A stretch of DNA of 64,000 nucleotides from an uncultured Pelagibacteraceae bacterium (GTDB lineage Bacteria > Pseudomonadota > Alphaproteobacteria > Pelagibacterales > Pelagibacteraceae), in contig CACFIH010000001.1 in assembly GCA_902566365.1 (NCBI GenBank), positions 40,537-104,536 on the forward strand. The letters run 5' to 3'. The notes under the pieces were generated by a model. That model was not told the origin of the DNA. It was given only the letters and a program-made list of their open reading frames with translations, and ran no database searches. How positions within the stretch are numbered: position 1 is the stretch's first letter; the number at the start of each line of letters is the position of its first letter. The position numbers were made by a program, and so were the translations under genes. Positions 46,499 through 56,792 of the stretch are shown one piece after another.

Positions 46499-47580
46499 TT
46501 TTTTTCTACATAAATAGACTGGCTTGGAAAAGCAAAAGAAGCTTTATTGCTTTCAACTATTTGTTTAATTGCAATAGCTAAACGCTCTTTAACTGATAAC
46601 CAATCATTCCAACTGTCTGTTTTAGTAAAACAACGAACATACATATCAATTGAACTGTCTGAAAATTTATCTACTCTTACAGCAACACCTATACTTGTAT
46701 TAAAATCATCACTCTTATTAATGTGGTCTTCAATCTGATTTCTTATAGTCCTCAATTGATCAACCGTAGTGTCGTACTGTAGTGTGATCACCCAGCTTAT
46801 TAACCAATTTGAGGTCTCACTAATATTTATAACTGCGTTTTCTGCAAATTGAAAATTTGGAATAATAGCCAAAGATTTGTCAAATTTTCTGATTGTAGTA
46901 GATCTAAAACCAATTTTCTCAACAATACCTTCGATTATTCCATCAACCAAAATCCAATCACCAATCTTAAATCTTTTTTCTACAAGAACTAAAATTCCTG
47001 AAATTAAATTTTTAAATAAATCTTGCGCTCCTAAAGCTACTGCTACTCCAAATAAACCAAGGCCAGCAATAATTGGCCCAATTTTAATACCCCATAATTC
47101 TAAAACTGCAGCTAAACCCAAAATAAAAATAAGAATCTTTAATGATTTAATTATCCAACCAATTAATTCTCTCGTTAAAAGTTTATCAAGACCACTTAAA
47201 ATATACGATACTGGTTCTATAATTTGGTGAATTATCCAAAAAATTAGAATTGTAATTAAAGTTCTATTAATAGTATCAACAACCTCTCTTCCTTCAATTG
47301 AAAATGTCATATAGTAGCTTGCAATAAAAAAACCTAAGACAATTGGTAAAAATCTTGCTGGTCCAATTAAGGCATTTACAAATGTATCATCTAATTTATT
47401 TGTAGTTCTTTTAGAGATGATTTCTAACTTTTTGATTATAAGTTTACTTATTAAACCTCTAAAAATTAAGAAAATTAAAAAAATTCCAATACCAATTAAA
47501 ATTTGAAAAATATCAACACCGAGTATTCCTTTATTCCATACGGATAAAAATATTTCTGAAAAATTATTTATCAATTCCAT
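46495..47580 (-). CDS. mscS: Small-conductance mechanosensitive channel
   Basis: GLFGVAVALGAQDLFKNLISG, FKIGDWI, GFRSTTIR, FAFPSQ. Confidence 0.92.
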   Translation of the reverse strand: MELINNFSEIFLSVWNKGILGVDIFQILIGIGIFLIFLIFRGLISKLIIKKLEIISKRTTNKLDDTFVNALIGPARFLPIVLGFFIASYYMTFSIEGREVVDTINRTLITILIFWIIHQIIEPVSYILSGLDKLLTRELIGWIIKSLKILIFILGLAAVLELWGIKIGPIIAGLGLFGVAVALGAQDLFKNLISGILVLVEKRFKIGDWILVDGIIEGIVEKIGFRSTTIRKFDKSLAIIPNFQFAENAVINISETSNWLISWVITLQYDTTVDQLRTIRNQIEDHINKSDDFNTSIGVAVRVDKFSDSSIDMYVRCFTKTDSWNDWLSVKERLAIAIKQIVESNKASFAFPSQSIYVEKK

Positions 47581-47582
47581 AA

Positions 47583-48281
47583 TTAAATTTTATATAACAA
47601 AAACTCCTCTTCTCCAGGATTAAAAAGAAATATTTTTTTCCATTTAATTTCATTTAATATAGACGAAGTTTTTTCACCTATACACATTAAATTAGTATTC
47701 ATCCATATATTTTCTATTTGATGAATCTTAATAAAATTTAACAGACTAGAAGCACTATTTTGGGAATAAACATATACAATGTCCGGTATATTAATTTTTA
47801 ATTCTTTAATGAAATTTTCATCAAATTGTTGATTGTGACTCACTCGATAATTAATAATTCTTTTTATACTGTAGCCCTCTTTCAAAAGCTGCTTATCTAA
47901 ATCAGCTGAAATTATTTCTCCACTTACATAAAGAAGTGGTTTAGATTGAGTTTCATAATTCTGCAAAATTAATTCCTTTAAGTTCAAAACATTTCCCTCA
48001 GCAGCAATGGTATTTTGAAACCCTAAATTTCTTGCTTTTTTTTCAGTATTACTCCCCACACAAAAGCAAATAATATCTTTATCTATTTTTTTTGCCTCTA
48101 GAAATTTTATTGAATTAGCACTTGTAAAAATAATTCCACCGTAGTCCAAAAAATTTACTTCCTCATAACTCATTTTTTCTATTAATAATAATGGCAGATG
48201 GGAAACTTGATGACCTAATGATTGAAATTTCAAAATCATTTCTGAACAATCTTCTAATGGTCTAGTTAGTAAAATATGCAT
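47583..48281 (-). CDS. hemD: Uroporphyrinogen-III synthase
   Basis: ILLTRP, FTSAN, CVG; follows hemC. Confidence 0.9.
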   Translation of the reverse strand: MHILLTRPLEDCSEMILKFQSLGHQVSHLPLLLIEKMSYEEVNFLDYGGIIFTSANSIKFLEAKKIDKDIICFCVGSNTEKKARNLGFQNTIAAEGNVLNLKELILQNYETQSKPLLYVSGEIISADLDKQLLKEGYSIKRIINYRVSHNQQFDENFIKELKINIPDIVYVYSQNSASSLLNFIKIHQIENIWMNTNLMCIGEKTSSILNEIKWKKIFLFNPGEEEFLLYKI

Positions 48282-48282
48282 A

Positions 48283-49200
48283 TCATCTTTTATATGAATT
48301 ATTTGATTTAGTTTTTAAAATTTTGCCAATTTCTTTTCCAATTGAATTAAATTTTTCAATTTTTTCAATTTTTTTTTCGTAGAATCTTTTTGATCCATCT
48401 AAAGAAAAAAGTTCAGCTTCAACAATAATATTCCTCCCATCAATTATAGAATGTGCTCCTATAGCTGTTTCACAATCTCCTTCTAAAACTTTTAAAATAT
48501 CTCTTTCAGCATGAGCTCTTTTATAAGTCTCATCATGATTAATTTTTTTTAAAATAGAAATAATCTCTTTATCATCCTCTCTGCACTGTAGTGCAATAAT
48601 ACCCTGACCTACACTTGGAATTATTTCCTTGGTTGTAAATGTTTCAGCAATTTCATTTTCAAGTTGTAAATATTTAATTCCTGCATATGAAAGAATAATT
48701 GCATCATACAAGCCATCTTTTAATTTTTGTATTCTAGTGTCAACATTACCTCTTATAAGTTTGCATTGAAGATCAGGTCGTATCTTTTTTATTTGAAATT
48801 CTCTTCTATATGAAGATGTTCCTATTATAGATTTTATATCTAACTCTTTTAATTTTTTGTTATTTTTAGAAATCAAAATTTCTCTCGGATTATTTCTTTC
48901 TAAAAAACTATCAGTTATCAAACCATTTGTTTCAATTGCGGGTAAATCTTTAAGTGCATGAACTGCTATATCAACATTTTTATTTTGAAGTTCTTTTTCA
49001 ATGTTATTCGAAAATAAACCTTTGCCTCCAAACTCAGACAATCTTTTATGTTTTACTTTATCGCCTTCAGTAGTTATTGTTTTTATAAAAACCTCTTCAT
49101 CACTAAAATCTGTTTTATCAATAATAATTTCCTTAGCCTTTTGTGCATAGAGTAAAGCTAATTTGCTGCCTCTAGATCCAATTATTATTTTTTTACTCAT
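48283..49200 (-). CDS. hemC: Hydroxymethylbilane synthase
   Basis: IGSRGSKLAL, GGKGLF, AVHALKDLP, IRGNVDTRI, LEGDC. Confidence 0.96.
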   Translation of the reverse strand: MSKKIIIGSRGSKLALLYAQKAKEIIIDKTDFSDEEVFIKTITTEGDKVKHKRLSEFGGKGLFSNNIEKELQNKNVDIAVHALKDLPAIETNGLITDSFLERNNPREILISKNNKKLKELDIKSIIGTSSYRREFQIKKIRPDLQCKLIRGNVDTRIQKLKDGLYDAIILSYAGIKYLQLENEIAETFTTKEIIPSVGQGIIALQCREDDKEIISILKKINHDETYKRAHAERDILKVLEGDCETAIGAHSIIDGRNIIVEAELFSLDGSKRFYEKKIEKIEKFNSIGKEIGKILKTKSNNSYKR

Positions 49201-49256
49201 TGATAAATTTATTTATTTTTTGTATCGAGATTGTACAATTATTAAAAACTATTTGA

Positions 49257-50330
49257 ATGAGTAAAAAGCCCTTAATTCTTGGAATAGAATCTAGTTGTGA
49301 CGAAACAGCTGCATCTATAATAACTGAAAATGATCAAGGAAACCCTATGATCTTATCTAATGTTATTTCTAGTCAAGTGGATGTCCACAAAGAATTTGGT
49401 GGGGTTGTTCCTGAGCTAGCTGCAAGGTCACATTTAGAAAAGATTGAGTGGATTGTTAAAAAAGCAATTAATGATAGTGGAACAAAAATAAATGATATTG
49501 ATGCTGTTGCATCTACTGCAGGACCTGGATTAGTTGTTTGTCTTTCAGTTGGATTAAGTTTTGGAAAAGCTTTTGCCAAATCCTTAGATAAACCATTTAT
49601 AGCAGTAAATCACTTAGAAGGTCACGCATTAAGCCCAAAATTAAATTTAGAATTAAATTACCCATATTTACTTTTATTAATTTCAGGAGGACATTCTCAA
49701 TATTTAAGTGTTAAAAATTTAAATAAATATAAAAGACTAGGTACAACTATCGATGATGCTATTGGTGAAGCGTTTGATAAAACTGCAAAACTTTTGGGTG
49801 TCGAATTTCCAGGTGGACCACAAATAGAAATTCTAGCAAAAAAAGGAGATCCAAATAAATATAGTTTACCAAAACCAATTTTTAATAAAGGTGGCTGTAA
49901 TTTATCATTTGCTGGACTTAAGACAGCAATACTAAAAATAACAAAAAAAATCAAAACTGATCAAGAAAAATTTGATCTTGCTGCATCTTTTCAAAAAACA
50001 ATAATTGAGATTTTATATAAAAAAACAAAAATAGCTTTCAAAGAATTTGAAAATCAAATTAAAACTGAAGAAAAAAAATTTGTTGTAGCAGGGGGTGTTG
50101 CAGCAAATAAAGAAATTAGAAAAATGTTAACAAATCTTTGTAAGGAGGAAGGTTACAAATCTATCTTTCCACCGATAGAACTATGTGGTGATAATGCTGC
50201 AATGATTGCGATGGTGGGATTAGAAAAATTTAGATTAAAACAATTCGATAATTTGGATTATCCCGCAAAACCAAGATGGCCTTTAGATGAAGATGCAGCG
50301 TTTCTTAAAGGTGCAGGTATAAAATTATAA
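49257..50330 (+). CDS. tsaD: tRNA threonylcarbamoyladenosine synthase TsaD
   Basis: LGIESSCDETA, GGVVPELAAR, NHLEGH, ISGGHS, DNAAMIA. Confidence 0.97.
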   Translation: MSKKPLILGIESSCDETAASIITENDQGNPMILSNVISSQVDVHKEFGGVVPELAARSHLEKIEWIVKKAINDSGTKINDIDAVASTAGPGLVVCLSVGLSFGKAFAKSLDKPFIAVNHLEGHALSPKLNLELNYPYLLLLISGGHSQYLSVKNLNKYKRLGTTIDDAIGEAFDKTAKLLGVEFPGGPQIEILAKKGDPNKYSLPKPIFNKGGCNLSFAGLKTAILKITKKIKTDQEKFDLAASFQKTIIEILYKKTKIAFKEFENQIKTEEKKFVVAGGVAANKEIRKMLTNLCKEEGYKSIFPPIELCGDNAAMIAMVGLEKFRLKQFDNLDYPAKPRWPLDEDAAFLKGAGIKL

Positions 50331-50337
50331 AAAAGAT

Positions 50338-50757
50338 ATGACTAAAAATTATTGGTTATTAAAATCTGAGCCTGATGTTTGGTCTATCGATCAACAAAAA
50401 AATGCTGGCAACAAAGGGGCTCCTTGGGATGGTGTTAGAAATTATCAGGCTGCAAAAAATTTGAAAGCAATGAAAAAAGGTGATCATTGTTTTTTTTACC
50501 ATTCAAACATTGGCAAAGAGATAGTTGGGATTGTTGAAGTCATCGAAGAGGCATATTTAGACAAAACCGACCAATCTGGCCGTTTTGTTGCTGTAACAGT
50601 TAAATTTATCAAAAAACTAGATAGACCGATTACATTGGAAAACATTAAGAAAAATAAGGAATTGAGCCATTTATCGTTGATTAGACAAAGTCGATTATCT
50701 GTTATGCCTATTGACTCTAAAAGCTGGAAAATTTTAAATAACATGGTTAAAATTTAG
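50338..50757 (+). CDS. EVE domain protein
   Basis: YWLLKSEP, WDGVRNYQA, FFYHS, RLSVMP. Confidence 0.94.
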   Translation: MTKNYWLLKSEPDVWSIDQQKNAGNKGAPWDGVRNYQAAKNLKAMKKGDHCFFYHSNIGKEIVGIVEVIEEAYLDKTDQSGRFVAVTVKFIKKLDRPITLENIKKNKELSHLSLIRQSRLSVMPIDSKSWKILNNMVKI

Positions 50758-50771
50758 TATAAGATTTATTT

Positions 50772-52859
50772 ATGTCAAAAAAAAAGAGAAAATCTAAAAC
50801 TAAAAAAAAATTTTCTAGAAAAAAAAAGAAGAAAATTATTAAAAGAAAAAAAGTTATAAGAAAAAAAAACAAAAACAAAAAAAGAATTCTTAAAAAAACT
50901 GAAAAAATAGACAATTCATCTACAAATGAATTAATATTTAAACCCAGGCCTGAATGGATAAAAAATGGTCTTGCTAATAAAGCTCAGTATCAAAAAAAAT
51001 ATAATGAGTCCATAAAAAATAATAATAATTTTTGGAAAAAAGAAGGAAAAAGAATTACTTGGATCAAACCATACAAAAAAATCAAAGACGTTAAATACAG
51101 TAAAGATGAAGTTAAAATTAAATGGTTTGAAGACGGAACATTGAATGCATCAGCGAACTGTATAGATAGACATCTTAAAGATAAAAAAGATAAAACTGCA
51201 ATTATTTGGGTTGGTGACGATCCCAAAGATACACAAAAAATTTCATACAAACAATTACATCAAAAAGTTTCGAAAGCTGCAAATGGATTAAGAAAACTTG
51301 GAATTAAGAAAGGTGATAGAGTAACAATTTACTTAACAATGATACCAGAATTAGCAATACTAATGTTAGCGTGTGCTAGAATTGGAGCAATACACTCTAT
51401 AATTTTCGGAGGTTTTTCTGCGGAGTCTATATCGGGAAGAGTAAATGATTGTGAGTCGGAATATATAATTACGGCAGATGAAGGTGTTAGAGGTGGAAAA
51501 ACAATTCCCCTCAAGGCTACAACCGATGAAGCTCTTACTAACTGTCCAAATGTAAAAAAATGTATCGTAGTAAAAAGGACAGGAAACTATGTATTTTGGA
51601 ATAATGAGAGAGATGTTTGGTATCATGATTTAATTAAAGATGTTTCTACTTATTGTGAGCCTGAAGAAATGAGTGCGGAAGATCCTTTGTTTATTCTTTA
51701 TACATCTGGTTCAACAGGCAAACCAAAAGGAGTGCTACATACAACAGGTGGGTATATGGTTTATGCGTCAATGACACATCAATATATATTTAATTATAAA
51801 CCTAAAGATATTTATTGGTGTACCGCTGATATTGGTTGGGTCACTGGTCATAGTTATATTATTTATGGACCTCTTTCTAATGGAGCAACAACTATAATGT
51901 TTGAAGGAGTTCCAAATTATCCTGACAGTTCGCGTTGGTGGCAAATCGTTGATAAATTCAAAGTGAATACATTCTATACGGCCCCTACAGCAATAAGAGC
52001 GTTAATGAGGGAAGGAGATGATCCAGTAAATAAAACTTCTCGAAAATCTTTAAAATTATTAGGAACAGTTGGGGAACCAATAAATCCTGAGGCTTGGATG
52101 TGGTACTTTAAATCAGTAGGAAATTCTAAATGTCCAATAGTTGATACTTGGTGGCAAACTGAGACAGGTGGAATATTAATTGCACCACAAACAGCAGCTA
52201 TACCTCTTAAGCCTGGTTCAGCTACAAAACCTTTTTATGGAATTAAACCTTGCCTAGTCGATAAAGATGGGAGAGAAATTAAAGGTGCAGGTGAAGGAAG
52301 ACTATGTATCTCACAATCATGGCCAGGTCAGATGAGAACAGTTTATGGTGACCATCAAAGATTTATTGATACTTATTTTTCTCAATTTGATGGAAAATAT
52401 TTTACTGGTGATGGATGTAAAAGAGATAAAGATGGCTATTATTGGATAACTGGAAGAGTAGATGATGTAATCATAGTTTCAGGGCATAATTTAGGAACTG
52501 CAGAAATCGAAAGTGCTTTTGTTGCACACCCTAAAGTAGCAGAGGCTGCCGTTGTTGGATATCCACATGATATTAAAGGTAATGGATTATATTGTTATGT
52601 TACATTAAACGCTGGTGAAACAGGATCTGGTGATCTTGAGAGAGAATTAAAACTTTGGGTAAGAAAACAAATAGGACCCTTGGCGACTCCTGATTTAATT
52701 CATTTTACTCCAGGATTACCTAAAACTAGATCAGGTAAAATCATGAGAAGAATTTTAAGAAAAATTGCTGCTAATGAGCATGATCAATTAGGTGACACAA
52801 CAACTCTTGCTGATCCAGGTGTTGTGAAGAGCTTAGTCGAAAATAGAAAAAATATTTAA
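50772..52859 (+). CDS. acs: Acetyl-CoA synthetase with a Lys-rich N-terminal extension
   Basis: [46 protein letters not shown]. Confidence 0.96.
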   Translation: MSKKKRKSKTKKKFSRKKKKKIIKRKKVIRKKNKNKKRILKKTEKIDNSSTNELIFKPRPEWIKNGLANKAQYQKKYNESIKNNNNFWKKEGKRITWIKPYKKIKDVKYSKDEVKIKWFEDGTLNASANCIDRHLKDKKDKTAIIWVGDDPKDTQKISYKQLHQKVSKAANGLRKLGIKKGDRVTIYLTMIPELAILMLACARIGAIHSIIFGGFSAESISGRVNDCESEYIITADEGVRGGKTIPLKATTDEALTNCPNVKKCIVVKRTGNYVFWNNERDVWYHDLIKDVSTYCEPEEMSAEDPLFILYTSGSTGKPKGVLHTTGGYMVYASMTHQYIFNYKPKDIYWCTADIGWVTGHSYIIYGPLSNGATTIMFEGVPNYPDSSRWWQIVDKFKVNTFYTAPTAIRALMREGDDPVNKTSRKSLKLLGTVGEPINPEAWMWYFKSVGNSKCPIVDTWWQTETGGILIAPQTAAIPLKPGSATKPFYGIKPCLVDKDGREIKGAGEGRLCISQSWPGQMRTVYGDHQRFIDTYFSQFDGKYFTGDGCKRDKDGYYWITGRVDDVIIVSGHNLGTAEIESAFVAHPKVAEAAVVGYPHDIKGNGLYCYVTLNAGETGSGDLERELKLWVRKQIGPLATPDLIHFTPGLPKTRSGKIMRRILRKIAANEHDQLGDTTTLADPGVVKSLVENRKNI

Positions 52860-53479
52860 AATTTTATTCTTTCATTAAATTCTTTTTGAACTACACCCCA
52901 TTTTAAAATTACCGAGTTAAGAACTATTTTACGATCTAAACTTTTTAAATCATCTGCAATAGGTGCCCACTTATATAATGACAATGCGCTGGGATTAAAT
53001 GGTAGATCGTTATGATAGTCGTCCCAGTTGATATTTTGTAATCTTTCATCAAAACTTTTTTTAGCATTATCTATAATGTCGATGGGCATTTTATTTGAAG
53101 TTTCATCATCTAAAATTTTTAAAAAAATTTCTTTTGCCTTTTCAATATTTTGATAATTAAAATTTGCTTTTAATTTTGAAAATGTAAAAAGAGTTAAATC
53201 CTGAAGAGCAACAGCATAAATATTCCACTTAGCTAAATTGACCGACTCCATAAATGTGTCGTTCTCAAAATGAAGAACATATCTTGTCCCCATTCTAGTT
53301 TTAAGGTAACCGTAAAGTGTCACTTGACTTACCCAAGCAGATTTTGTTTGAATAAAATTTTCAAGTTCATCTAAATTACTAATTTTCCCCTTAGGGATGA
53401 AAGCTTTAAACATAGCAAATAGGTAAGTCTTAAAGTCATGCCAAGTCAGATCCTTCCAAGTTAGTTTATATTTTCCCAT
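52856..53479 (-). CDS. Conserved hypothetical protein (start at the ATG at 53479)
   Basis: Clean 207-aa ORF ([14 protein letters not shown]); function not recognised. Confidence 0.72.
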   Translation of the reverse strand: MGKYKLTWKDLTWHDFKTYLFAMFKAFIPKGKISNLDELENFIQTKSAWVSQVTLYGYLKTRMGTRYVLHFENDTFMESVNLAKWNIYAVALQDLTLFTFSKLKANFNYQNIEKAKEIFLKILDDETSNKMPIDIIDNAKKSFDERLQNINWDDYHNDLPFNPSALSLYKWAPIADDLKSLDRKIVLNSVILKWGVVQKEFNERIKF

Positions 53480-53603
53480 AAAATCAGTATTTTTCTTAAT
53501 TATACCCCAAAAACACACCTAATATGAACAATTTTAACACTTTAAATCTCTTTTATAATGGTTATGGTTTTGCCCAGTTATAACTAAAAAGAGAGAGGTA
53601 TAA

Positions 53604-53864
53604 ATGTCAAAACAAGCACAACACTGGGAAAAAACCAGAGGATTGTTAATAATGACTTTAGCAATTTGGTTTGTATTCTCAATTGGCATCTTCCTATTCG
53701 GGGCTGAAATGAACGAAGTTACTGGACCATTTGGTTATCCATTAACTTATTGGTTCACATGTCAAGGTTCTCTTGGAATTTTCGTAATCCTAATATTCTG
53801 GTTTGCGAACAGACAAGAAAAGATTGATGAAGAGTTCGGCTTTAGTGAAAGAGGAGATGACTAA
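53604..53864 (+). CDS. DUF4212 small subunit of a solute:sodium symporter
   Basis: Two TM helices, GYPLTYWFTCQGS; GAGAGG SD; coupled to the symporter gene. Confidence 0.88.
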   Translation: MSKQAQHWEKTRGLLIMTLAIWFVFSIGIFLFGAEMNEVTGPFGYPLTYWFTCQGSLGIFVILIFWFANRQEKIDEEFGFSERGDD

Positions 53865-55678
53865 TGATTAAAGGTAATTTTATAGACAATTTACCTAAGG
53901 TTTATGGGATCTACACAGGTGGATTTTTAGGTTTCATAATCATTATGTCAATTGCCGAGCAGATGGGTATGACAGCGAAAACAATTGGTATTTGTTTCGT
54001 TGCCTTCACAGTAGCCATCTATGCTATAATTGGTTATCTATCACGTACAGCTCAAGCTGATGCGTATTACGTAGCTGGAAGGCAAGTACCAACCGTGTTT
54101 AACGGAATGGCGACTGCAGCAGACTGGATGTCTGGTGCTTCGTTCGTTGCGATGGCAGGTGGTATTTACTTTAAAGGTTACGGTTATATGGCACTACTTG
54201 TAGGTTGGACTGGTGGATATGTATTAGTTGCATCTTTATTAGCACCATACTTAAGAAAATTTGGATGTTATACAGTTCCAGATTTTATAGGTACTAGATA
54301 CGGTGGTAATTTAACAAGGTTTCTTGCGGTAGTAGTTTTAACTGTTGCCTCATTTACCTATGTGACTGCACAAATTAACGCCACAGGTACAATTGCATCT
54401 GTTGCACTTGATATTCCATTTCAATACGCTGTTTACGTTGGACTAGTAAGTATTTTACTTTGTTCAATGTTAGGGGGTATGAGAGGAGTAACTTGGACAC
54501 AGGTAGCACAATATATCGTACTAATCATAGCTTACTTATTACCAGTTTTCTGGATCAGTAACAGAATGGGTGCGGGTTTCTTCCCACACTTTATGCTAGC
54601 TGATGAAGTAGCTAGGATTGCTGAGCTAGAACAACAATTTGGTTTTGTTGCAAACTCAAAAGAGAATCTTGCAATGGTACCAAAAGGTTTGGCTGGAATA
54701 ACTAAAGCTCACTCAGCGGTAAACGCTACGCCTTGGGCATTTATTTCATTAGCACTAGCGATGATGATGGGAACAGCTTCATTGCCTCACGTGATGATGA
54801 GATATTTCACAACTCCAAGTGTAAAAGCAGCTAGAAAATCAGTAGGTTGGTCATTATTCTTTATCTTCCTACTTTATTCTTCTGCTCCTATGTTAGCGAC
54901 ACTATCTAAACTGTCATTGATTGATCCAACATTATCAACAGGTATTATTGGTAAATCAATTGCAGAAGTTCAAGCGATAGATTGGTATCAAAACTGGAAC
55001 CAAGCAAACTTGATGTTTGTAAGCGACTTTAACGGTAATGGAACTCTTGAATTAAATGAGTTTTTCATGGGTGGTAAAGCCGTTGTGTTAGCAACTCCAG
55101 AAATAGCTGGATTACCATACGTAATCTCAGGTCTAGTTGCTGCTGGAGGTATGGCTGCTGCCATGTCAACAGCCGATGGTTTGATTTTAGCAATTGCAAA
55201 CGCAATCTCACACGATGTTTACTATAAGATCATCGATCCAAAAGCTGAGACTGCGAAGAGACTAGTTGTTGCAAGGGTATTACTTGTAGTAATTGGTTTT
55301 GCTGGAGCAACTATTGCGGCAATGGAGATCCAAGGTATCTTAGGTTCAGTAATCTGGGCTTTTGACTTTGCGATGTCTGGATTGTTCTTCCCACTTGTAC
55401 TTGGTGTATGGTGGAAGAGAGCTAACAGAGAAGGTGCTATAGCTGGTATGGCTTTAGGATTAATTTCTGGTGCTGGTTACCTAATTTGGGTAAGAAACGG
55501 CGGAAGTGGATTCTTAGGCATTACTCAGTTAACGTTTGGTATCTTTGGTTCAGCTGTCAGCTTAATAGCTATGGTTGTTGTAAGTTTAATGACTTCAGAA
55601 CCTAGTGCTGCAGTGCAAAAAATGGTTGATGAGGTTCGAGTACCATCTGGTAAATCGATCCTTGGCAAACAACACTAA
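53864..55678 (+). CDS. Sodium:solute symporter (VC_2705/ActP-like monocarboxylate permease)
   Basis: NGMATAADWMSGASF, APYLRKFG, GTASLPHVMMRYFT, AAAMSTADGL. Confidence 0.92.
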   Translation: MIKGNFIDNLPKVYGIYTGGFLGFIIIMSIAEQMGMTAKTIGICFVAFTVAIYAIIGYLSRTAQADAYYVAGRQVPTVFNGMATAADWMSGASFVAMAGGIYFKGYGYMALLVGWTGGYVLVASLLAPYLRKFGCYTVPDFIGTRYGGNLTRFLAVVVLTVASFTYVTAQINATGTIASVALDIPFQYAVYVGLVSILLCSMLGGMRGVTWTQVAQYIVLIIAYLLPVFWISNRMGAGFFPHFMLADEVARIAELEQQFGFVANSKENLAMVPKGLAGITKAHSAVNATPWAFISLALAMMMGTASLPHVMMRYFTTPSVKAARKSVGWSLFFIFLLYSSAPMLATLSKLSLIDPTLSTGIIGKSIAEVQAIDWYQNWNQANLMFVSDFNGNGTLELNEFFMGGKAVVLATPEIAGLPYVISGLVAAGGMAAAMSTADGLILAIANAISHDVYYKIIDPKAETAKRLVVARVLLVVIGFAGATIAAMEIQGILGSVIWAFDFAMSGLFFPLVLGVWWKRANREGAIAGMALGLISGAGYLIWVRNGGSGFLGITQLTFGIFGSAVSLIAMVVVSLMTSEPSAAVQKMVDEVRVPSGKSILGKQH

Positions 55679-55689
55679 ATAATCTTTTT

Positions 55690-55719
55690 AAGGGGCGATT
55701 AATTTCGCCCCTTTTAATT
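55690..55719 (+). terminator. Intrinsic terminator after the symporter
   Basis: AAGGGGCGA-ttaatt-TCGCCCCTT followed by a T-rich tail. Confidence 0.88.
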
Positions 55720-55748
55720 CAACTCTTTTTCCAATATAAATTCTAAAA

Positions 55749-56105
55749 ATGTCGGCTAATTTTCATCCAATGGTGTACATTATTGATTACATACTTGGTG
55801 TAATAATGTGGACATTAATAGGTAGAGTTGCAATGAATATTTTCCAAAAAGAAGACTCTCAATTTTTTTTTATGAAAGTATTCGTAAAATTTACTAATCC
55901 ATTACTTCGTATTTTTAAACCAATTACCCCAGAATTCATAATTCAACCAATAGTTCCACTATATGTTGCTTGGTTTTTCTTTATGATAAGATTTTATTTA
56001 ATGCCATGGATTTTGGGTTATTCAGTGATGGGAATGTTATCTTTTCCTTTGGAAAGTGAAATTTCGAGACAAATTTATCAATTTTTTAATTCAATTAAAT
56101 TTTAA
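55749..56105 (+). CDS. YggT-like membrane protein
   Basis: FVKFTNPLLRIFKPITP resembles the YggT core; divergent. Confidence 0.6.
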   Translation: MSANFHPMVYIIDYILGVIMWTLIGRVAMNIFQKEDSQFFFMKVFVKFTNPLLRIFKPITPEFIIQPIVPLYVAWFFFMIRFYLMPWILGYSVMGMLSFPLESEISRQIYQFFNSIKF

Positions 56106-56132
56106 AAATTGGTACTAGTAATTTAGTTATCA

Positions 56133-56792
56133 ATGAAAAAAATACAAATATCACCATCAATCTTATCTGCTGATTTTAGTCAACTAGGCAATGAAATAAA
56201 ACGGCTAGAAAAAGCAGGAGCAGATATGATCCATGTTGATGTAATGGATGGACACTTTGTTCCAAATCTAACAATTGGACCCCCAGTTATTAAATCTCTT
56301 AAAAAATATACTTCATTGATTTTTGATGTACATCTAATGATTACACCTGTTCATAAGTATATTGAAGACTTTTCTAATGCTGGTGCTGATATCATTACAA
56401 TACATCCTGAAGCAACTGAAGATTTAAAATCTTCAATTGCAAAAATTAAAGAATTAAAAAAAAAAGCAGGCGTATCTTTAAACCCAGAGTCAAAAATAGA
56501 TTTAATTACAAACTCACTAAGTGAAATAGATTTAGTTTTGATCATGAGTGTAAATCCAGGTTTTGGAGGTCAAAAGTTTATGCCAGAAGTTTTAAATAAG
56601 GTAAAAAAATTAAAACAAATTAAAGATGAAAAAAAATTAAATTTTGATATAGAAATTGATGGTGGAATAAACTTTGATAATTCAAAATCAGCTATTGATG
56701 CTGGTGCAAACATTTTAGTTTCTGGCACTACAATTTTCAAAAGTAATAATGGAGACATAAAAAAAAATATTGAATTATTAAAATCATATTAA
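56133..56792 (+). CDS. rpe: Ribulose-phosphate 3-epimerase
   Basis: SPSILSADF, HVDVMDGHFVPN, MSVNPGFGGQ, IDGG. Confidence 0.97.
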   Translation: MKKIQISPSILSADFSQLGNEIKRLEKAGADMIHVDVMDGHFVPNLTIGPPVIKSLKKYTSLIFDVHLMITPVHKYIEDFSNAGADIITIHPEATEDLKSSIAKIKELKKKAGVSLNPESKIDLITNSLSEIDLVLIMSVNPGFGGQKFMPEVLNKVKKLKQIKDEKKLNFDIEIDGGINFDNSKSAIDAGANILVSGTTIFKSNNGDIKKNIELLKSY

